A stretch of DNA of 64,000 nt, taken from the NCBI GenBank assembly GCA_016196125.1, contig JACPYG010000004.1, positions 138-64,137 of the forward strand, given 5' to 3'. Position numbers and translations under genes: made by a program. This DNA comes from Candidatus Staskawiczbacteria bacterium. GTDB lineage: Bacteria; Patescibacteriota; Minisyncoccia; Minisyncoccales; Staskawiczbacteraceae. Below, piece after piece: positions 54,500-62,643 of the stretch. A model generated the notes under the pieces. That model had not been told where the DNA came from, ran no database searches, and saw only the letters and a list, made by a program, of their open reading frames with translations. How positions within the stretch are numbered: the first letter of the stretch is position 1; every line of letters starts with the position of its first letter.

Positions 54500-54644
54500 A
54501 TTCCCCCGCCCTCGAGTCTTCTCCTCCCTGCTCGAGTGACAGGCAAAGTTTGAACTTAACCATTCGTAAGTCAATTTGGTCAATCTCCTTAATTGAGGAC
54601 TCTAAGGTGACGTTGTTCCGACCGTTAAAGGTAGCGTTAATCAT
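54500..54644 (-). pseudogene. 5' fragment of a third GRDP-like paralog fused in frame to the RHS-tip ORF
   Basis: SIKEIDQIDLRMVKFKLCLSLEQGG parallels SIKKIDDLDLSMVKMKLCLPLEKEG of 61927..62466. The upstream DNA is also similar (taatcc..gtc.cccata..tgtcaata). Confidence 0.55.
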
Positions 54645-54859
54645 AGTAAACTCCTACTAAAGAGCATAGAATTTTGTTGGCGAAGTGCCAACTTAATCCC
54701 TACTTCCTATATTAGTCTCCCATAACTTGTTGTCAATAACTAACAACATTAAAATAGTAAGATTCTATTAAATTCAGCTTTAATACGCGAATCCCGGCAT
54801 ATTGCATTTTTATATTTGTTGTTGTACTATAACAATATATTATTAAATAGTATTTAAAT

Positions 54860-55678
54860 ATGTCATTATCTGCCAATAATTTACTAATTAAGCAATTAAC
54901 CGAATTTGGACTAAGTGAAAAAGAAGCCAAAGTGTATTTAGCTTTACTTGAATTAGAGGTAGCGACAGTAAATGAGACAGCAAAAAGCGCAAATATTAAT
55001 CGCAGTTCAACTTATGTGGTTATAGAATCTTTAAAAAAGAAAGGTTTAGTGAGTACTTCGGAAGATAAAAAAATACAAAGATATATTGCTGTTTCTCCAG
55101 AGATGTTATTAAGAGAAGCGGAAGATAAAGCTAAAAAAACAGAAGATATAAAAAATAAAATAAGCAATATTATCCCTGAGTTAAAAGCATTACATAAAGA
55201 TACAAAACATAAACCGCGAGTGGTAGTATATGAAGGAAAACAGGGTTTAATTAATGCTTTTGAAAATACGTTAAATAATAAAGAAAAGATGATGCGAGTG
55301 TCTTCTTCGCCTGGTAATTTAGAAAAAATTATATCTGATTATCTTATTCAGTATGTTAACAAACGAATTAATTTAGGTATAAAAATGCATGGAATTCATC
55401 CTAATGACAAGATTCATAGGGGATATATTATAAATAGTCCTCGTAACTTTGATACATATATTCTTGTACCAAAGAAAAAATATCAATTTCCGACAGATCT
55501 CGCAATTTGGGATGACAAAATTGGATTTATGTCTGATCAGAATGGAGGAATATCAATTACAATACAAAACGATATTATAGCAGAAGCAATGAAAAATATT
55601 TTTGATTTAGCTTGGGAACGTGCAAAGTTTATAGGGGAAGAAGCAAAAGGTTACCGAACGAAAAAGAAAAATGGTTAA
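54860..55678 (+). CDS. TrmB-family HTH transcriptional regulator
   Basis: LTEFGLSEKEAKVYLALLELEVATVNETAKSANINRSSTYVVIESLKKKGLV. Confidence 0.75.
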   Translation: MSLSANNLLIKQLTEFGLSEKEAKVYLALLELEVATVNETAKSANINRSSTYVVIESLKKKGLVSTSEDKKIQRYIAVSPEMLLREAEDKAKKTEDIKNKISNIIPELKALHKDTKHKPRVVVYEGKQGLINAFENTLNNKEKMMRVSSSPGNLEKIISDYLIQYVNKRINLGIKMHGIHPNDKIHRGYIINSPRNFDTYILVPKKKYQFPTDLAIWDDKIGFMSDQNGGISITIQNDIIAEAMKNIFDLAWERAKFIGEEAKGYRTKKKNG

Positions 55679-55681
55679 TAT

Positions 55682-57217
55682 TCATTTCTTCACCCATTTT
55701 TGTTTATTACCAACTGCAAAAAATTCTTGCGACCCGTTTTTCCAAAATACTATCTTTGGATGAACTCTTGATTTAAGGTAATCAGAAAGTTCTCTAAATT
55801 CTGAGTTTTTGTGACGTAAATTATCTAATATTTTTTCAGATAGATGTTTCTTTAACATTCTTGGAGCATCAACATATTTTTTTAATTCGATATTTATTTC
55901 TAAATATTGATTTTGTTTTTTGTTGAATTTTGTAAGCATAGTGAACTTACTGCTTAAAAATTTATCGAATGGTTTCTCTAAAATAGTTTCTCTTATTGGT
56001 TCTGGGTAAATTTGCAGACCATATAAAGTTAACGAAAAATCATTTCGTTCAAAAACAAAGACGAACGGTAATTCACTGGAAACATTCTCTATTCCAACTT
56101 TTTTTGTTTCTTGATTAATATCAATATTATTTCTTTTCAATATTTCAGTCATTTCATCATAAGAATATACACCCCCATGGTCGCCTACACTGTAACGAAC
56201 TAAGGGAATTTCATTATTTCCTGTCAAAAAAATATTACCATCCACGCATTCAAAATTTATAAATAACGGGTTAAATTGGGCAAGTGTTGGAGTTTTATTG
56301 ATTGATCCAAAAATATCTTTAAATAAATTTGGTTTTTTTGAAGCGATTCTTCTAATTAAAATACTAAGCGGGGTTTCATAAGCCATGGCGCCAATGTCAG
56401 CAGTGCCATAAATATTCATAGTATCTACATATGGATTTTTAATACCCGTTTTCTCTACCAAGTAATCTCGGAATTTTTCAGTAAATGCCTCAGCGGCAAA
56501 TATTAACTTCAAATTTAACTTTTTAAGATTAATTTCGTTTGAAGATGACTCATCAACAATGTCTTTAATGAATGGCGGATACCCCACCAAAATAGCGTTT
56601 TCAAAATGAGGCAATAGGTTTTTTAAAGCATTAAAAATTTCTTTTTTATTAATACCCGGCGTAATGATTGATACGGGAATATCAACTCTTTGAGTAGCCA
56701 TTTCAAAAGCCTTATAGGTAATCAACCCCCCAATCCAAACTCCCATGCCAAAGCAAATGATTACCAGAGTAGGCCCATTACTTTTCTTTAAACTGTTTTT
56801 TAAAAATTCCTCAATTAATAAAGAATACTGCCAATCAAGATCTCTCCCCCTGGGAAAATAAAACGGCTCACCCGTAGAACCAGAGGTTGAAGTGAAAACC
56901 AGTGGTTTTTTGAGGTGGCCGTTCCAACATAGATTTTTTAGTAAATATTGTTTGAGATATTCTTTTTTACTGACTATAGGAACTTTTTGAAACTCTTCCC
57001 ATGTTTTTATTTTTTCAGGATTAAGATGGTTTTTCTTTAAAAAATCCCTATAAGCAGGCACATATTCTGATGCTTTATGGAAAAGAGTAAGAGATCTTTT
57101 TTTCTGTTCTGATGACCAATAGTTTGAATCTCTTTTCTCTAAATCCCAAAACTCAGAACCATTGTGCCTGATCAGTTTGATAATAGTTGATGTATTAGTG
57201 TTGCTTTGAGATTTCAT
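55682..57217 (-). CDS. adenylate-forming enzyme, PaaK/coenzyme-F390-synthetase-like
   Basis: TSTSGSTGEPFYFPRG AMP-binding motif. ATG at 57217 preferred. Confidence 0.65.
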   Translation of the reverse strand: MKSQSNTNTSTIIKLIRHNGSEFWDLEKRDSNYWSSEQKKRSLTLFHKASEYVPAYRDFLKKNHLNPEKIKTWEEFQKVPIVSKKEYLKQYLLKNLCWNGHLKKPLVFTSTSGSTGEPFYFPRGRDLDWQYSLLIEEFLKNSLKKSNGPTLVIICFGMGVWIGGLITYKAFEMATQRVDIPVSIITPGINKKEIFNALKNLLPHFENAILVGYPPFIKDIVDESSSNEINLKKLNLKLIFAAEAFTEKFRDYLVEKTGIKNPYVDTMNIYGTADIGAMAYETPLSILIRRIASKKPNLFKDIFGSINKTPTLAQFNPLFINFECVDGNIFLTGNNEIPLVRYSVGDHGGVYSYDEMTEILKRNNIDINQETKKVGIENVSSELPFVFVFERNDFSLTLYGLQIYPEPIRETILEKPFDKFLSSKFTMLTKFNKKQNQYLEINIELKKYVDAPRMLKKHLSEKILDNLRHKNSEFRELSDYLKSRVHPKIVFWKNGSQEFFAVGNKQKWVKK

Positions 57218-57221
57218 AAAA

Positions 57222-58271
57222 TTATCTCTTGAAATAATTTTCTGCAATTTCGTCTGAAACACGATGCGGCGATTTATTATTTTTAAATGAAAGATTTAAA
57301 ATTTTTGTTACGGTATTTTTTACTCCGTCGATTCTTTCTAAAACCCGTTCTTTTTTATATCCGTCTTTTTCTAATTCATCCACCACATCTATAAGCCCGC
57401 CGGAATTAGCAACATAATCGGGAATATATATGATATTATGTTCAAAAAGCCAATCACCCACTTTGTCGTCTGCAAGCTGATTATTGGCAGATCCGCAGAT
57501 TATCTTCGCTTTTATTTCAGCAACATTCCCTATTGAAAACTCATCCCCGAGAGCGCAAGGCGAATAAACATCAACATCCAGCGCATGAATTTTTTTATTA
57601 TCTGCAACATTTATTTTGGGAAATTTACTTTTGATTTCAGCAATGGCTGTTTGGTCAACATCGAAAGCAAATACAACGGCATTAGCATCCAATAAAAGTT
57701 TGACTAATTCTTTGCCGGTCTTACCTACTCCTTTTACGGCAACTTTAACTCCTTGCAAGGAATCTTTTTTATAAACAAAATATACGGAACTTTGGATTGA
57801 GTAAAAAGCGCTTAATGCGGCATAGGGAGAAGGGTCTCCTGCAAGATCGGGTTTTCCGATGAAGCAATTTGAAACACCAAGCATAACATTGACATCATCT
57901 TGAGTAATGCCCACATCTTCCCCTGTATAGAATTTTCCCTTCAATGAATTTACTTTTTTTGCGTACGCTTTTAGCAGTTCTTCCGTCTTATCTTTTTTGG
58001 AGTCGCCTATTATGACGCCCTTCGCGCCGCCATGTGGAACTTTTGCCATGGCGCATTTATAAGTCATTGCGCGAGAGAGCTTCAACACATCTATTAAAGC
58101 ATCTTTTTCAGAGGCGTAGGGAAGCATTCGAGTTCCGCCAACTGCCGGCAACCCCAAATTATCATTATGAATAGCCATAAAACCTTTTAAACCAGCGCTC
58201 TTATCTTCAATTTTTATAACTAATTTATGATTATCAAATTCACGAAGTTTCCTAAAATCAAGTTTGTTCAT
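57222..58271 (-). CDS. Glu/Leu/Phe/Val-family amino-acid dehydrogenase (Leu/Phe-DH-like)
   Basis: MTYKCAMAKVPHGGAKGVIIGD and Rossmann VKGVGKTG. Confidence 0.8.
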   Translation of the reverse strand: MNKLDFRKLREFDNHKLVIKIEDKSAGLKGFMAIHNDNLGLPAVGGTRMLPYASEKDALIDVLKLSRAMTYKCAMAKVPHGGAKGVIIGDSKKDKTEELLKAYAKKVNSLKGKFYTGEDVGITQDDVNVMLGVSNCFIGKPDLAGDPSPYAALSAFYSIQSSVYFVYKKDSLQGVKVAVKGVGKTGKELVKLLLDANAVVFAFDVDQTAIAEIKSKFPKINVADNKKIHALDVDVYSPCALGDEFSIGNVAEIKAKIICGSANNQLADDKVGDWLFEHNIIYIPDYVANSGGLIDVVDELEKDGYKKERVLERIDGVKNTVTKILNLSFKNNKSPHRVSDEIAENYFKR

Positions 58272-58390
58272 ATTTTCTTTAAAACTACATCATCTATACC
58301 ATACCATAATTTTTTAGATTTTGGAAGGGCCCATCCTTTTTCTGCAAATTTTAAAACAACAGTAGTAGACCAGAACTCACTACACGGCAA
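58191..58390. repeat. direct repeat of about 200 bp, copy 1 (dehydrogenase 5' end plus its upstream region)
   Basis: Near-identical to 61071-61270, with two or three differences by eye. Confidence 0.9.
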
Positions 58391-58443
58391 GAAGCTCACT
58401 ACATTGTAAACAAAAAAACCCTTTTTTGGGGCTCTTTTGTATA

Positions 58444-58746
58444 TTATTTATTATAAAGTTCGTACACTTTTTCAATCGGCCCAATATATTCCAAACATTC
58501 TTTTTTCGTTTCTTTGTGTTTTTGATTAAGTTCTCTGTCCATGTTTGTTGGCTTTTCTTCGCCTTCAATCATAGAAATCGTATAATATTCTTCCTCTATT
58601 TTAAAAACACAAAAAGCCTCATAATTTAAACCTTCTTCTTTTAAAGTTTCAATAGCTTCCTCTCTGTATTTGGTAGTTAAAAGTTTACCCCATTCAAACC
58701 ACTTATCCAGCTTTCCCTCTTTGATTTTAAATAAGTTTGATTTCAT
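58444..58746 (-). CDS. hypothetical protein (100 aa from ATG 58746)
   Basis: ORF track. MKSNLFKIKEGKLDKWFEW... No motif recognised. Confidence 0.45.
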   Translation of the reverse strand: MKSNLFKIKEGKLDKWFEWGKLLTTKYREEAIETLKEEGLNYEAFCVFKIEEEYYTISMIEGEEKPTNMDRELNQKHKETKKECLEYIGPIEKVYELYNK

Positions 58747-58805
58747 AGTGGTGAAGGGGTGGATTTCTCTTAAAAAAAAGAAATCCACCCCTTTTTGTTT
58801 GTCGC

Positions 58806-59354
58806 TTATGCGACCAAGATTCCGCGTTCGACTGCGGGAAACAGACCGAGGCGATTGACTTCCTCATACGATGATGCGTGTCCGCAACAAAGACGAAAGT
58901 TCACTCCTTCTGTCGCCCAGTTTTCCTCATCCACTTCACCAAAGAGCTGTTCCAGCACTTCGATTGTGTAGCCGTAGAGAACACCGATGTTTTCCACCCG
59001 TTCGACATCGTCGGGATCCAAGGGCACATGGTGCATGTACCTTCCCACCACTCTCTCCGAGAAGTCCATGTACTTGTGAGTATGGAGAATGTGGGCGTGC
59101 CAAAACGGATCCAGCTTTGCCGAGACCGAGTGAGCGTTGAGTGGGTCGAGTAATGCCACGGCATAGTACTGCTTCAAGCCGTACACGCCGGAGTCAAGGT
59201 AGTCATGAGTGGGTTCATGTCCGTGTTCTGCGACGTAGAACTCGCGAACTTTGCGAACAACACCAGAGTAGTCCTCGTTGTCGATGATCCTCAACCGACG
59301 TTTGTGCTCCTCACAAACATCAACGACTAACTCATCCAACAGTTTTCTGGTCAT
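58806..59354 (-). CDS. GRDP-like (DUF1399-like) protein, GC-rich
   Basis: LDPFWHAHILHTHKYMDFSERVVGRYMHHVPL matches the D..WH.HIL.T..Y...C....G.YLHH.P signature. Confidence 0.6.
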   Translation of the reverse strand: MTRKLLDELVVDVCEEHKRRLRIIDNEDYSGVVRKVREFYVAEHGHEPTHDYLDSGVYGLKQYYAVALLDPLNAHSVSAKLDPFWHAHILHTHKYMDFSERVVGRYMHHVPLDPDDVERVENIGVLYGYTIEVLEQLFGEVDEENWATEGVNFRLCCGHASSYEEVNRLGLFPAVERGILVA

Positions 59355-59454
59355 TGCTAACCACCCTTTCTGAAAGAACTGTAGGAATCATAAGCTTTAC
59401 GAAATGCAAAACTCTATAATCCCCTTATCCTCAATATTATACACTTAAAATATT

Positions 59455-59890
59455 TTGTCAAATGAATGTAATGGTTCAGCACCTTAGCAACACCCTGCGG
59501 TATAATGGTATGTATATGTCATACACAAACAATCCAAATATGCCTAAGGTAAGAATGCAAGCAGTCATGCTGGTAAAACAGGGCTGGTCGATACGGAAGA
59601 CTGCCAGGTATGTCGGGGTTTATCCGAGTACTGTGCTACGATGGGTAGAAAAAAGAATTTTAGGAAACAATTTTTCAATCCCGACACTCTCATCCGCTCC
59701 GCATAGTCACCCTAATGCGATGCCCGAAGAAATGGTCAGAAAAATTATTGAGTACCGCCAAAGGTACCACCGATGCGCGCAGGTTCTGCATTACCTTTTA
59801 AATCGTGATGGGATTGTTGTCAGTTTGTCGTCGGTAAAAAGAACATTGAGAAGAAATAATCTTGTTAATCACTCAAAATGGAAAAAGCGT
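59455..59890 (+). mobile_element. IS481/IS3-like transposase fragment (N-terminal HTH region only, no DDE domain)
   Basis: WSIRKTARYVGVYPSTVLRWVEK, ...PHSHPNAMPEEMVRKIIEYRQRY.RCAQVLHYLLNRDGIVVSLSSVKRTLRRNNL. Beyond about 59890 the ORF is merely antisense to tyrS. Confidence 0.6.
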
Positions 59891-60544
59891 AAGGATCACT
59901 TGCGGAGTCTGCCCGAACCGCTCTTGGTAGAAACGGCCCATCATCTCATTGAAAAGTTGATCGGAACCGATTATCGTGACGTCGGACTGTAGCGCGAACG
60001 AGTCATATCCCTGCAAAAGTGGGTAGACCATTTCGTGCATGTAGATGTCGTCCTCATCAGTGAGGCGCTTCTGGAACATGTCCCGAGAGATCAGCCGAGC
60101 ATGAGTGACCATAGAAAGAAGCTTCAGGAACTCTCCTATCGCCATATTACCAAACCACTCCGAGTTTCGCCTGACCTCAAGCAATTCAGGATTATCGAAG
60201 CGAAGGACCATCTTGGCCTGCTCGATGAATTCCAGAGTGTTGCGCTCGATTTCTTCCTGCAGGATCACTGGCCTGGTCCTACTCTTGCCGGTAGGATCAC
60301 CAATTTGCGTGGTGAAATCGCCGATTAAGAAGATGACCTTGTGACCGTGGTCTTGGAGTAGTCGCATCATCCACAGATTGGCCGCGTGGCCAATGTGGAG
60401 GTACGGGGCCGTGACATCGACGCCGTATTTGATCCGCAGACGCTTGCCGCTACAGAGGAGATTATTCCATTCACTCATAGAAAAGACCTCTGCAGTTGTG
60501 CGACTGAACTTCATATGCAGATCTTCAATCTGCTGTGCGTTCAT
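59873..60544 (-). pseudogene. tyrS: tyrosyl-tRNA synthetase, truncated after the catalytic core
   Basis: HIGH (PYLHIGHAA), GDFTTQIGDPTGKS, YPLLQGYDS, IGSDQ. No KMSKS motif or C-terminal domain. About 50% GC. Confidence 0.7.
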
Positions 60545-60684
60545 TTTAATCTTCTCCTTTCTGGTCGTTGATTTAGGACACTATTTCTTCTGACTTTAAG
60601 CCTCTTTTTTTAGTGGACTATGGAATTTTCAAGTCTAAGAACAACCTTAGCGAACTGAACTTATATTAACATAACATGTTTAAT

Positions 60685-60822
60685 TTATCAATGAATTGTA
60701 ATGGTTCAATAGCTTTGCATCACCCTGTTGGTCTACAATGATATGTATATGCCATACACAACCAATCTGAATATGACCAGGGTAAGAATGCAAGCGGTAA
60801 TGCTTGTAAAACAAGGCTATCC
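60685..60822 (+). mobile_element. second, shorter copy of the IS left end
   Basis: caatgaattgtaatggttcaat...atgccatacacaacc...agggtaagaatgcaagcggtaatgcttgtaaaacaagg aligns to 59458-59590. Confidence 0.6.
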
Positions 60823-61028
60823 CGAAGTTTGATGAGCCAATTCTTATACCTCCAAAAAAATACAAATTTGCTACAGACATAGTAATTTACGACAACAAAA
60901 TTGCTTACATGTCTCTAGAAAAGGGTGGGATAGCTATTATTATAGAAAGCAAAGAAATAGCAGATGTGATGAAAAGTGTTTTTGACTTAGCTTACGAAGA
61001 AGCAAAGAGGCTTAACAAAAAACTATAA
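60822..61028 (+). pseudogene. C-terminal fragment of a TrmB-family paralog
   Basis: My translation PKFDEPILIPPKKYKFATDIVIYDNKIAYMSLEKGGIAIIIESKEIADVMKSVFDLAYEEAKRL aligns to the C-terminus of 54860..55678. Confidence 0.65.
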
Positions 61029-61151
61029 TTTAAACATTTTCTTAAAGTTTTCAGCTATCTCCTGTCTTTTACCAGCCTCTTTATCTTCAATTTTTATAAC
61101 TAATTTATGATTATCAAATTCACGAAGTTTCCTAAAATCAAGTTTGTTCAT
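61023..61151 (-). pseudogene. internally deleted paralog of the amino-acid dehydrogenase (42 codons)
   Basis: MNKLDFRKLREFDNHKLVIKIEDK (identical to the start of 57222..58271) is joined to ..EIAENFKKMFKL. Confidence 0.65.
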
Positions 61152-61270
61152 ATTTTCTTTAAATCTACATCATCTATACCATACCATAATTTTTTAGATT
61201 TTGGAAGGGCCCATCCTTTTTCTGCAAATTTTAAAACAACAGTAGTAGACCAGAACTCACTACATGGCAA
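61071..61270. repeat. direct repeat of about 200 bp, copy 2
   Basis: See 58191-58390. Confidence 0.9.
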
Positions 61271-61271
61271 A

Positions 61272-61297
61272 CAAAAAAGCGGTTTTACAGCCGCTCA
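61272..61297 (-). terminator. terminator, member of a repeated terminator-plus-box unit
   Basis: In minus sense GAGCGGCUGUAAAACCGCUUUUUUG. Confidence 0.55.
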
Positions 61298-61325
61298 ATT
61301 GTTTCATTAAAACGTCAAAGAACAA

Positions 61326-61823
61326 TTATTTATAAGATTTTAACTTTGCAATAATATTTTTATATCCTTCTTTTTTCACAATTTCCCACGCTTGGTTGTA
61401 TGCATTCTTACTACGAGCAGCAATTTCTTTATCTTCCGAAAGCATTTTAACTAAACTGGCATCAAGACAAATTTGTTCCAAAATAGCATGCACTACAACA
61501 TGATGAGCTACTAGGTGCTCTTCTTTTTTCCATATCTTCCACGCACTTTTATGCCAGTCTACTTTCTTGGTATTATCAAACATGAGACGATGGACTAATT
61601 CATGTGCTAGTACACATATAAAACGTTGCGGTGTCATGCCACCGCCAATAATTAGAGGGTCAGATAATCCTCCTATCATATCCGGATTAACTACATAAAC
61701 ATCAATAATGTTTTGCGCAAAGTATAAGCCAGTGACATTTTGCATAGCTAAAAGTAAAACAGCCTCGTGCTTTTTCCAAGCAACAGTATATTCCTTGATT
61801 TCCTTTTTAGTTATGGGACGCAT
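61326..61823 (-). CDS. HExxH-motif protein (putative small metallopeptidase), 165 aa
   Basis: VLAHELVHRL. GAGGAG lies 8 nt upstream of ATG 61823. AT-rich, unlike the gene upstream. Confidence 0.55.
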   Translation of the reverse strand: MRPITKKEIKEYTVAWKKHEAVLLLAMQNVTGLYFAQNIIDVYVVNPDMIGGLSDPLIIGGGMTPQRFICVLAHELVHRLMFDNTKKVDWHKSAWKIWKKEEHLVAHHVVVHAILEQICLDASLVKMLSEDKEIAARSKNAYNQAWEIVKKEGYKNIIAKLKSYK

Positions 61824-61926
61824 ATTAAAACGCTCCTCAAAGAGGTAACTAGATTGAATGCGAATTGTAGGTAATGTATTCATAAAGAGAAAAAGAGGGG
61901 AATCAATCCGTGATCCCCCATGAGAA

Positions 61927-62466
61927 CTACTTGCGACTACAACCAGTGCCACCGCCGTCCTGCTGCCCGCATTTGGATGCATGGATTTTGCGACTGCATC
62001 CCGTACCACCGCCATCGCTCTGACCGCATTTGGAAGCGACAGTGACAAGAGGAGACTCGCCGAAGTGCCGAATGAACCGTTCACAGGTGATCTGGAAAGA
62101 GTCAGCCAGATCTTGCGCATCCTGCTCATCACGCAACCCGAAGTACGGAAAGTGATGCAGGTAGCCACCGAAGATCTCCTGGCAGTCAGCGATGTAGGCA
62201 CGAGTGTCCAGGATGTGCGCATGCCAGATGGCATCGATCTGGTGCGTGGGCACGATGTCTTCGTGGGGGTAGATCGCGCAGAGAGTAAGGAAACGTTTGT
62301 ACCACAGTTCAGCTGTGACAGCTTCTTCCTGCGTCCAACCCTTACCTTCCTTCTCAAGAGGGAGACAGAGCTTCATCTTGACCATCGAAAGGTCAAGATC
62401 ATCAATCTTCTTGATCGATGCCTCGTGCTCAGCACGAGATTCGTCTAAGGGGAGAGTGTTTTGCAC
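61927..62466 (-). CDS. GRDP-like (DUF1399-like) protein with duplicated Cys/Gly-rich C-terminal tail
   Basis: IDAIWHAHILDTRAYIADCQEIFGGYLHHFPYFG. Tail ASKCGQSDGGGTGCSRK-IH-ASKCGQQDGGGTGCSRK. About 55% GC. GTG start. Confidence 0.65.
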   Translation of the reverse strand: MQNTLPLDESRAEHEASIKKIDDLDLSMVKMKLCLPLEKEGKGWTQEEAVTAELWYKRFLTLCAIYPHEDIVPTHQIDAIWHAHILDTRAYIADCQEIFGGYLHHFPYFGLRDEQDAQDLADSFQITCERFIRHFGESPLVTVASKCGQSDGGGTGCSRKIHASKCGQQDGGGTGCSRK

Positions 62467-62546
62467 GACTCACTGCCTTTCTTCAAGAACAACGAGGATT
62501 ATCAAGGGCCATACAACATGTAAAGCTCTTTAATCCTTTAGTCCCC

Positions 62547-62575
62547 ATACTACACTAACTAAAAAGTGCTGTCAA
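62547..62575 (-). promoter_or_regulatory. sigma70-like promoter for 61927..62466
   Basis: TTGACA (62575-62570), 17 nt, TAGTAT (62552-62547). Confidence 0.45.
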
Positions 62576-62611
62576 TATTTACTTTTTAACCATTTCCTGC
62601 AAATTTTAAAT

Positions 62612-62637
62612 CAAAAAAGCGGCTGTAAAGCCGCTTA
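62612..62637 (-). terminator. rho-independent terminator after the M48 peptidase gene
   Basis: In minus sense AAGCGGC-UUUACA-GCCGCUU is followed by UUUUG. Confidence 0.65.
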
Positions 62638-62643
62638 ATTGTT

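Noticed and set aside
58871-59164. Three overlapping ORFs (87-91 aa) on both strands inside 58806..59354; similar ones at 61981..62533 and 60035..60593.
   Set aside because: These are typical spurious open frames in locally GC-rich DNA. The frame carrying the WHAHIL...HH.P signature, or aaRS motifs in the tyrS case, explains the region.
59462-59992. 176-aa ORF as an intact transposase.
   Set aside because: Only the HTH/leucine-zipper-like N-terminal part is present. The last 35 codons or so are antisense to tyrS, and no DDE domain follows. It is annotated as an IS fragment.
61326-62357. 343-aa ORF in the track spanning the HExxH gene and most of the GRDP-like gene.
   Set aside because: Its N-terminal 180 aa is an Arg/Ser/Thr-rich out-of-frame read of the GC-rich GRDP-like gene. 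A strong GAGGAG RBS precedes the internal ATG at 61823, and composition changes there. I therefore split it into 61326..61823 and the other-frame 61927..62466.
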